DNA of 32,000 nt, from contig JBHLRO010000009.1 of the NCBI GenBank assembly GCA_048882505.1, forward strand, positions 30,001 through 62,000, in the 5' to 3' direction. The stretch's first letter is position 1. Each line of letters starts with the position of its first letter. Both the position numbers and the translations under genes were made by a program. Below, piece by piece: positions 1 to 6,656 of this stretch. This DNA comes from Candidatus Thorarchaeota archaeon. Its GTDB lineage: Archaea > Asgardarchaeota > Heimdallarchaeia > Hodarchaeales > Hodarchaeaceae. The notes beneath the pieces were generated by a model. The model did not search any database, had not been told where the DNA came from, and worked only from the letters and a program-made list of their open reading frames with translations.

Positions 1-1
1 G

Positions 2-562
2 TTCGATCGTGGACACCTCCTCGGGAACCAAGATCTCCACACTAAATCGTTCTGCCTGTTTTCGGAGGTTTTTGGCAAAATCCTCACCTGTAATCCCTTC
101 AGGAAACCCTGGAAAATTATCTAGTCTATTTGTAATGAATGCCTGCCCGCCTACTGTAGATTTTTCAATAACTAGGACATCATAACCGTCGCGGGCCAAA
201 TAAATCGCGGCCGTGAGTCCAGAAGGTCCAGCTCCAACTACAATGGCATGATAAAATTCCTTAGAGGCCTTCGTCGCGAGATCAAGCTCTTCCGCCAGTT
301 CAAGGTTGGAAGGCTCGATAAATAGCTTTCTCTGTTTGTCTCTAAGGATCTCCACCGCAGGAATCTGTCTTTTATCGATACCATAAACTTCTTTGTTTGC
401 CTCGAGTACAAATTTCAGAGCATTCTCTCCTTCAACACCTGGGATCTCTATATCAAACCAATTATAGTGTACGCGCTGTTCCCCCAGGTACTTTTTTATC
501 CGACGACAATCACGACACCAGTTCGCTCCATAGATATTTATCGTAAAGTCTTGAATAGCCAT
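2..562 (-). CDS. trxB: Glutaredoxin/NrdH-like domain fused to thioredoxin-disulfide reductase (5' part only; runs off the left edge)
   Basis: Not in the ORF track; translated by hand from ATG at 562: MAIQDFTINIYGANWCRDCRRIKKYLGEQ...FYHAIVVGAGPSGLTAAIYLARDGYDVLVIEKSTVGGQAFITNRLDNFPGFPEGITG. Shows a Grx-like WCxxC motif followed by the TrxR FAD-binding GxGxxG and ENxPG(F)-type motifs. Confidence 0.9.
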   Translation of the reverse strand, partial: MAIQDFTINIYGANWCRDCRRIKKYLGEQRVHYNWFDIEIPGVEGENALKFVLEANKEVYGIDKRQIPAVEILRDKQRKLFIEPSNLELAEELDLATKASKEFYHAIVVGAGPSGLTAAIYLARDGYDVLVIEKSTVGGQAFITNRLDNFPGFPEGITGEDFAKNLRKQAERFSVEILVPEEVSTIE

Positions 563-664
563 GACACGCGTTCTCCGTTTGATACTAGCAATAAGTAACC
601 GATTTTTATTTAAATTGGTTTTTTACCAATACAAATACCTCCCGAGCTTAATGAGTGATTCCTT

Positions 665-1303
665 GTGTGTCCACAGTCTACTGGCCTTCTAATTGTGTTT
701 GAAGGCATTGACGGTTCAGGAAAGACGACCCAAATTGAGCGAGTAGCAGCTCGTCTGAGAACCAATCATAGTATGAAAGTTATGGTGACCCATGAACCCA
801 ACCACAATTCCCCCTATTATCGAATGATAAAAGAAAAGGTAAAGAAACATAGGGATCAAACCCTACCTGAAGAGGAATTAGAATTATATCTGAAGGATCG
901 TAAGTGGGATCTGGAGCATAATATCCTGCCTGCATTGGAACGAGGAGAGATCGTGTTGGTAGATCGATATTATCTCTCAAACGCAGCGTATCAGGGGGCT
1001 CTTCCCGCATTTTCTCCGCTTGACATTCTCGAACGAAACGCCTTCGCCAGAAAACCTGATTTGTGGATTATTTTGGATGTTTCAGTAGAAGTTGGCCAGT
1101 CTCGAATTGCGCATCGTGATAAAAAGCAAAATAAAGATATGCTAGAGTTCGCGCAGTTCCAAAAGCTAGTAAGAAAGAACTATTTCCAGCTGACCAAAAT
1201 GGATCAAATCGGTCGGGTCGAATGGATTGACACAGAGGTTCTAACAGAGGAGGAGCTTACCCAGAAGATTATACAGATAATCGTTTCTCTCCTCGACAAG
1301 TGA
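665..1303 (+). CDS. tmk: Thymidylate (dTMP) kinase
   Basis: P-loop FEGIDGSGKTTQ, THEP and DRYYLSNAAYQG motifs. GTG start. Confidence 0.95.
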   Translation: MCPQSTGLLIVFEGIDGSGKTTQIERVAARLRTNHSMKVMVTHEPNHNSPYYRMIKEKVKKHRDQTLPEEELELYLKDRKWDLEHNILPALERGEIVLVDRYYLSNAAYQGALPAFSPLDILERNAFARKPDLWIILDVSVEVGQSRIAHRDKKQNKDMLEFAQFQKLVRKNYFQLTKMDQIGRVEWIDTEVLTEEELTQKIIQIIVSLLDK

Positions 1304-1343
1304 CGGCATACCGCGAAAAAGGAAGATGAATTTCAGATTCAAA

Positions 1344-1907
1344 TCATTTCAATAGCCTACGGGCTTGTTCCAGATACTGATTAAGCAATTCTGCGGTGGC
1401 TCCACGGAAATTTTCCATGGCCTCTTCACTTTCTGCGCGTTCTCGCAAAATGCTGGCTTGTTGGTGAATCTTAATATCATGAATTACTTTCTCAATGTCC
1501 TTTTCCAATTCGTCATCTAGTCTAAAGATTTCACCTTTCATTTTACGCAATCGAACGAGTAGCGCTTGGGCTTCCGTGAACTGTAAATTATGAACCAAAA
1601 TTAGGGCACGTACAAATAAACTTTGCACGATAACTTGCTGCGTCGTCGGCGCTATATAACGGTCAATCCGCTTCAGAAATTGCATAGCAGTTGCCACTTG
1701 CCCTTCCTCCAGGTAGGCTTTTGCCAACTGTAAATTTCGAAAGTCCCGGAGCTCGAGTTTATTTTGCAGAGAATTCTCAATTCGCTGCAGAGAGAGGCGA
1801 ATCTCTGAATCTAAAGTCACGATCTGGGAACTCCTTATGTTCGGGATAATTACGATCTCATTGCTGGATGTATTGCCAGTTGTATTATGGTTATACTTTT
1901 TCCTCAC
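1344..1907 (-). CDS. Helical, TPR-like hypothetical protein
   Basis: Two TPR-like helical hairpins (LQLAKAYLEEGQVATAMQFLKRI; SLFVRALILVHNLQFTEAQALLVRL) and a charged helical C-terminus. Start position uncertain. Confidence 0.6.
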   Translation of the reverse strand: MRKKYNHNTTGNTSSNEIVIIPNIRSSQIVTLDSEIRLSLQRIENSLQNKLELRDFRNLQLAKAYLEEGQVATAMQFLKRIDRYIAPTTQQVIVQSLFVRALILVHNLQFTEAQALLVRLRKMKGEIFRLDDELEKDIEKVIHDIKIHQQASILRERAESEEAMENFRGATAELLNQYLEQARRLLK

Positions 1908-1997
1908 CTAGATAAAAAGGGCTGCCCCCGTAAGGTTATGCATTGATGAGGAATTTATTTGCGAAGAAATCTACTATCTGGTTGAAATTACCTGATC

Positions 1998-2312
1998 TTA
2001 TTTGACCCGTTTGATTATATGCCAGCCATATTTAGTTTTAACAGGAATTTGCGTCATCTCGCCCTTCTTCAGGGCAAAAGCTGCCTTTTCAAATTCCCTA
2101 ACTGTTTTTCCTCGTGTAATGAATCCAATATTTCCGCCTTTTTTTCCACTAGAATCCAAAGAGTGCTCGCGGGCCATTTGTTCAAACTGTGCTCCAGTAT
2201 TAATCAGTTCGATTAGTTCCTCCGCCTTGGTTCTCCCTTTGATAAGTATATGTTTTACCTGGATCTTGCCTGACATTCTGAAATCACGAAATTGAAGCCA
2301 GAGTAATTTCAT
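1998..2312 (-). CDS. ppiC: Single-domain parvulin-type peptidyl-prolyl cis-trans isomerase
   Basis: VKHILIK, FEQMAREHSLD, GGNIGF, VREFEKAAF and TKYGWHII rotamase motifs. Start is either ATG 2312 (ATGA overlap with the upstream stop) or ATG 2276 (MSGKIQVKH). Confidence 0.95.
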   Translation of the reverse strand: MKLLWLQFRDFRMSGKIQVKHILIKGRTKAEELIELINTGAQFEQMAREHSLDSSGKKGGNIGFITRGKTVREFEKAAFALKKGEMTQIPVKTKYGWHIIKRVK

Positions 2313-3169
2313 TTAGGATTTTTCTGTTTAATTATAGTTTTAGGAATTTTTTCTTTGTAAGTAAGAGGTGGCTGGGATTTATCCTTTCTTGATGGAGTTT
2401 TATTACGAATTGATGGTGGAGGACGCTTATTTACTGTCTTCTTGGGGATTTTGGTTTTCGTTCCGTGAGGCGACCTTTTCTGTTTACCAGGAGTTTTGTT
2501 TTTTATATTCTGAGGCGGCTGCTGATTTGCATTCTTTTTAGATTTAAGAGTAGGTGGTAATCGCCTGATTCGATTCTTTGGGATTGATTTATCTTTATCC
2601 GTGACGGGAGGTGGTCTGTTCACCCTATTCTTAACTTTAGATTTAGCGGAACCCAGTTTTGTTGGATGAATTCTCCTAGAAGCGGTACCTGGAGTCTTTT
2701 CACTGATTTTAGGAGGTAATGGCTGATTTCTCACCCCATTCGTCTCTGAATTTTTCCTTCCCGCTCTAGAGGGAGGTCGTTTGGCTTTAATTTCAGTTTT
2801 TGGCGGGGAAACGCTACTAGTGTTAGCTTGTTCTTTAATTTTGAATTTCTTTTCAGATAACCTTTCATTATTTGGGATAGGGTCTTCAAGAATGATTGGG
2901 GGTGTAACGTTAACAAATTCTTCTTTCCTTGATTTTTTTGGCCTAAAACCCTCCCTAGAGGGAATGAAAGGCTCCTCCTTGGGAATATCTGCGATCGAAT
3001 CTTGACGTGGGGGTGGAATTTCGAATCCTTTTAGCTTTGACGATGAATCAGGGGTCTTATGTTTGATAAATGCTGAGGAATTGGAATCAGGAGTCTTTTC
3101 TTTGATAAATTCTGAAATGGAGTCCTTGGGGATCTTATCTTTAATTTTCTTTGATTTTCTTAAACCCAT
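2309..3169 (-). CDS. Lys/Arg/Pro/Ser-rich, predicted intrinsically disordered protein
   Basis: 286-codon ORF with a GGTGGAG RBS-like element before the ATG. No hydrophobic core. Recurrent KTP, IPK and (R/Q/L)PP motifs. Stop overlaps the parvulin ATG. Confidence 0.75.
   Translation of the reverse strand: MGLRKSKKIKDKIPKDSISEFIKEKTPDSNSSAFIKHKTPDSSSKLKGFEIPPPRQDSIADIPKEEPFIPSREGFRPKKSRKEEFVNVTPPIILEDPIPNNERLSEKKFKIKEQANTSSVSPPKTEIKAKRPPSRAGRKNSETNGVRNQPLPPKISEKTPGTASRRIHPTKLGSAKSKVKNRVNRPPPVTDKDKSIPKNRIRRLPPTLKSKKNANQQPPQNIKNKTPGKQKRSPHGTKTKIPKKTVNKRPPPSIRNKTPSRKDKSQPPLTYKEKIPKTIIKQKNPK
3045..3115. repeat. 39-bp-period intragenic tandem duplication (SEFIKEKTPDSNS / SAFIKHKTPDSSS)
   Basis: gaatcaggggtcttatgtttgataaatgctga (3045-3076) vs gaatcaggagtcttttctttgataaattctga (3084-3115): 28/32 identical. 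Confidence 0.9.
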
Positions 3170-3283
3170 TGATGCTCCACCTGATCGGACTAAACCAGTG
3201 AAAATCCTATCTAAATTAGGTATAGTCGTACCTTTTTAAAACCTTAACGGAATATAATAACTTTGGGAAAATTAAAAGCGAGA

Positions 3284-3871
3284 TTATCTCCCCATCACGA
3301 AACCGACTCCAGAAATCAGGAAAAACAGTCCATATAAAACGCCAATCAGGTCATGTGAGTAGTAGTAACCCACCATAAGAAACAATGTCCCGAAAATAAA
3401 GAATGTAATTATGGCAGTCCACTCTGCACTAGGACCCCTTTGGGATTGGGCGGTAATGCGTATGAATTGGTATCGTGTGAAACTACGGATTAACAATGCG
3501 GAAGAAACAGCCAAGTAAGGGAATGCCAAAATAGAGGCCAGCCCGATCGAGAGGGTAGCTGTTTCATTGCCCGGAAGAACATTGATAACAAAGGAAAGCA
3601 TGGAGTTTCGACCCAGGGGGAACATCGGTGCTACAAAAAGCACTAACAAAGGAATGATATTAGCTAGCGAGAGGAAATAAATTTCATTCAGCGTGGCTTT
3701 ATGATCTAGATAAAAAAACATACGTAAAAAATAGAATATTGTGACTGTTGCGTAAAGAGTTAAAAACAACAAATCCAAGGCAGTTTCATCTTGTTGTTGT
3801 ATAAAGAAGAATACAGTGGCCGAAATCCCTAATAAAAAAGCAAAAGAGGCGAGTGTGTGACGAGCAGCCAT
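3284..3871 (-). CDS. ~6-TM integral membrane protein; RING-less paralog of the membrane domain of 4064..5173
   Basis: Six hydrophobic segments. From ATG 3871 (MAARHT) it aligns without gaps and in register with the adjacent protein over residues 1-92. This favours ATG 3871 over the TTG 3904 used by the ORF track. Confidence 0.8.
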   Translation of the reverse strand: MAARHTLASFAFLLGISATVFFFIQQQDETALDLLFLTLYATVTIFYFLRMFFYLDHKATLNEIYFLSLANIIPLLVLFVAPMFPLGRNSMLSFVINVLPGNETATLSIGLASILAFPYLAVSSALLIRSFTRYQFIRITAQSQRGPSAEWTAIITFFIFGTLFLMVGYYYSHDLIGVLYGLFFLISGVGFVMGR

Positions 3872-4014
3872 GGTAATGTCATCTATTTGGGTATTCTGGA
3901 TCAATCTTCGATAGTGCGGGTTAAATCAAATATATTCTTGACTAATAAAATACCTACGTTTACCAAACTGGGCAGTCACCAACTTGATTCCACTCTCATC
4001 TAGACAGAAACCAG

Positions 4015-4030
4015 ATCCATTATAATGGAT
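4015..4030. promoter_or_regulatory. Perfect 16-bp palindrome ATCCATTATAATGGAT in the intergenic gap (candidate operator or hairpin)
   Basis: Direct reading. Centred on a TTATAA TATA-like core, between the two paralogous membrane genes. Confidence 0.4.
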
Positions 4031-4063
4031 TTCTTATTGAAGTCATCCGGTTCTGACAGCATT

Positions 4064-5173
4064 TCACCTTCCCTTGTTATATAATTTGATTATCTGGGCA
4101 TATTGCCGTCCTGACACTCGAATAGCGGAAGAAGAGGAGAGGCGTTTGTTACATCGCGAGCAGGTTCCTGCTACTGCGATCCACTTCTGAAATTCATTAC
4201 CATGTGCAGGATATCTGCAGTGTGGACAGATCACCACATCTTTGTGATCTTCTATTGGAAACTCATAACAAAAGATACATCTAAAATCATCTTTGCTAAT
4301 ATTTCTTCCCATAGGGACATATTTAGACAAATTAGTTCTTGTTACTTTCGCCATATTCTGTTGGGCAGTCTGTACCTGTAATCCGGGAGCCACACGGACA
4401 TCCCGACGGATATTTTGGATCCGAGAAGCAGCACTTCGAGTGTCTGATGATAATCTGGGTTGTGAGGAGCGCCGTTCTGATATTGATCTACGATCTCTTG
4501 ATGATCTCGATCGTATCGTCCGAGAAGAGGTCTGTCGGGTACGAGGAACCCGTTTAAACGGAACAAGAACAATTTTCAGTATATAATGTTGAATAAATAA
4601 ACCCAAACTTAAGATACAAAACAGTAAGCCCCCAAATTCAATTAATCCCTGTTCAATCCAATAAAGGAAGAATATGATGACCAAGGTAAAATTATGAATA
4701 ATCACCGCTTCGTTCGGAAATGGACGTCGATTTATAAAAAATTTAGGATACTGGCCAATATAATAACGGCGAAGAAGTATAAGCAGCGCTCCCATTGATG
4801 GGATCACGATAATTAAACCAAAGAGGTTCCAGAAAATCCTTACGCGACCTAAAGTCAGAAAACTTAAATCTAATGACATATCGAAAAGAGAAGTCTGGAA
4901 CATATCATTAATCCCAAGGGAAGCCAGGTGAGCCAAGAGGCTTCCCCCCGCCCCTATGACAGTGGGAATCACAAGGAAGGTTGCAGAGGCCAATGGCGCG
5001 TTATATGACCTAAAATACCGCCATTCATCTATTAGTTTAATCAGGAGAAGGGTAATAAAGGTGAGAAAGAAGAACGTCAATGCGACGTTCTGAGGCTGCC
5101 CCACGACCAGGGAAAGAATGCCGAAGACAAATCCAATGACAAACACACCGATGTAGGTATTCCGTTTGATCAC
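4064..5173 (-). CDS. Multi-pass membrane protein with Arg/Ser-rich linker and C-terminal RING-variant zinc finger (putative membrane-anchored E3 ligase)
   Basis: About 6 hydrophobic helices in aa 1-205 and an R/S-rich linker. Finger is CIFC-x13-CPHC-x4-H-x2-E-FQKW-x6-CSRC at aa 299-341. Lies directly downstream of E1/E2/JAB. Confidence 0.8.
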   Translation of the reverse strand: MIKRNTYIGVFVIGFVFGILSLVVGQPQNVALTFFFLTFITLLLIKLIDEWRYFRSYNAPLASATFLVIPTVIGAGGSLLAHLASLGINDMFQTSLFDMSLDLSFLTLGRVRIFWNLFGLIIVIPSMGALLILLRRYYIGQYPKFFINRRPFPNEAVIIHNFTLVIIFFLYWIEQGLIEFGGLLFCILSLGLFIQHYILKIVLVPFKRVPRTRQTSSRTIRSRSSRDRRSISERRSSQPRLSSDTRSAASRIQNIRRDVRVAPGLQVQTAQQNMAKVTRTNLSKYVPMGRNISKDDFRCIFCYEFPIEDHKDVVICPHCRYPAHGNEFQKWIAVAGTCSRCNKRLSSSSAIRVSGRQYAQIIKLYNKGR

Positions 5174-5207
5174 CCGATGTCCACGACCTCAATCATTCTG
5201 AACTCCA

Positions 5208-6023
5208 TTATTCGTGGTCATATTCTAGAAACATCGTTTTACCTTCTGCTAAAGGTAACAAGGTTTGGATCATTTGGGGGAGACTTTCTAAGGGACAATT
5301 CAAAACTCGAAAACTTGGCTCCTCCCACGTCCGTAGATCTTTCCGTAATCGAAAAATCTTAAATCCATAAGAAGAGGAGGAAATTTCGGTCGGATCAATA
5401 ACCAAAGCGATGGGAGCTGCCAAATGAGAACCTTGACTGCCAAGCCTTTGGTAACGTACCTGGGTTTGAAAATCCGTTTTACTCATGAAAGGGGAATAGG
5501 ATGGATGAGAATGATACCACCCGAGAATCCGGTGCCCTTCCTTCACCGCATCCTCATAAACTTTCACCATACTTTGCGGATCTTGGATTTGAGCATTGAC
5601 ATTTGTACCGTGTCCAATTGGATAGGCATCCGTAATCACCAAGCATGTTAAAGGGGTGTTTGGATGTTCCACATGTCCCGTAAGAAGGCCAATGACCTCT
5701 ACCCATTCAGAGCGTGGAAGAGAATCATTAGCATACTTTAAAGCATGAAGCGCCAGCTTTAGATATGCTTTAAGGTTAAGTTTCACCCGAGGTGGCTCAT
5801 GAAGTTCACCTAAATCAGCGTCCAAATCAGTTACAACATCATCTGTCCTGTGTTTTGTATCCGTCCGCGTAGCTGGAGGAGATCGATCTTCATCGGAATG
5901 GAGGGTCATGACCGAAGGTGTTCTAGGGTATGATCCCTTAGATAATGCCCGTTCCAGTGATTTATCAGGGGTAGAGACTTTCAATGTGATAGTTGACAAT
6001 TTGGGGTCGAACATCAATGACAC
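5208..6023 (-). CDS. JAB1/MPN+ (JAMM) metallo-isopeptidase, Rpn11/CSN5-like deubiquitinase
   Basis: WVEVIGLL (catalytic Glu) and GWYHSHPSYSPFMSKTD (H-x-H-x7-S-x2-D), followed by ALVIDP. Start uncertain (GTG 6023, ATG 6014 or ATG 5909). Confidence 0.92.
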   Translation of the reverse strand: MSLMFDPKLSTITLKVSTPDKSLERALSKGSYPRTPSVMTLHSDEDRSPPATRTDTKHRTDDVVTDLDADLGELHEPPRVKLNLKAYLKLALHALKYANDSLPRSEWVEVIGLLTGHVEHPNTPLTCLVITDAYPIGHGTNVNAQIQDPQSMVKVYEDAVKEGHRILGWYHSHPSYSPFMSKTDFQTQVRYQRLGSQGSHLAAPIALVIDPTEISSSSYGFKIFRLRKDLRTWEEPSFRVLNCPLESLPQMIQTLLPLAEGKTMFLEYDHE

Positions 6024-6114
6024 GTCTCGCAGGAAGAATTCAAAGGTACTAGGACCATGGCCTCGACGTCTTGGTTCTTTAGCTATGATTTTTCACCTTT
6101 TTGCAGAACAGATG

Positions 6115-6642
6115 CTACCATTTTTTGTTGGCATATTTCTTTGTAATCTCTTGAGCTTTTTTCTTAAACTTCTCAGGACTATTCAAGTACTCTACGGCGG
6201 CCTTCTTATTGAAAACATCCCTAGGGTTAGTATATGCGGCATCCACATCGAACATTGCAAGGATGGAATGAATCACCGTGGTAATATTTTTGGAAGGTGA
6301 CCACCCATCGGGCCGTCCAACTAGATCGGGGTCAACGAGAGCCAAACAAATATTCCGTTTCCCTTTATATTCATCAGGCTTAGGCCAAAAGTTAGGATGC
6401 CAGATTGGAGTATGTAAACGGACGAATGGGGGTACATAGGGATAATTTCCTCCGAACTTGATTTCAAGCTTGAATTTACCCTTCTGGTAGGGAGTCCCTT
6501 TAGGCCCTTCAAGTAGCAGAGCCAGATGTTCAACAGATTTTTTTGGTCCGGGGAAGGCTTTCAGCTGTTTTATTGTGCCGCTTTTGTACAGCTTCTTCAG
6601 CTGATTATAATCTTTGGAGATGCGTTTTATTCGAATTGAAAT
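6115..6642 (-). CDS. Ubiquitin-conjugating enzyme E2 (UBC fold), 175 aa, probable non-canonical ATT start
   Basis: Hand translation: ISIRIKRISKDYNQL...LLEGPKGTPYQKGKFKLEIKFGGNYPYVPPFVRLHTPIWHPNFWPKPDEYKGKRNIC(99)LALVDPDLVGRPDGWSPSKNITTVIHSI...NKKAAVEY...FKKKAQEITKKYA. Contains KRI, GP-x2-TPY-x2-G, YPxxPP, HPN, catalytic Cys and WSP. The ORF track shows only the last 76 aa. The frame is closed upstream by TGA at 6675-6673. Confidence 0.92.
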   Translation of the reverse strand: MSIRIKRISKDYNQLKKLYKSGTIKQLKAFPGPKKSVEHLALLLEGPKGTPYQKGKFKLEIKFGGNYPYVPPFVRLHTPIWHPNFWPKPDEYKGKRNICLALVDPDLVGRPDGWSPSKNITTVIHSILAMFDVDAAYTNPRDVFNKKAAVEYLNSPEKFKKKAQEITKKYANKKW

Positions 6643-6650
6643 TGGGGTAA

Positions 6651-6656
6651 ACCTCC
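6651..6656 (-). promoter_or_regulatory. Shine-Dalgarno GGAGGT ahead of the E2 ATT codon
   Basis: Minus strand reads TAG-GAGGT-TTACCCCA-ATT. GGAGG overlaps the E1 stop and ends 9 nt before ATT 6642. Confidence 0.7.

Noticed and set aside
614-630. 6-5-6 inverted repeat ATTGGT-TTTTT-ACCAAT in the trxB/tmk divergent spacer
   Set aside because: Too short and AT-rich to distinguish from chance.
2300-2330. Frameshift fusion of the basic disordered protein to parvulin, which would mimic human Par14's basic N-tail
   Set aside because: The parvulin frame has an in-frame TAA immediately before its ATG (TAA-ATG), and there is no canonical slippery heptamer. Translational coupling explains the overlap.
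5908-6300. 130-aa plus-strand ORF and the other antisense or alternate-frame ORFs (e.g. 4293..4586, 7584..7922, 11024..11377, 21412..21951, 27316..27864)
   Set aside because: They lie opposite or inside well-supported genes, with no motifs, RBS or promoters of their own.
6321-6533. 70-aa ORF from the track overlapping the E2 region
   Set aside because: It is an out-of-frame shadow of the true E2 reading frame, which carries all UBC motifs.
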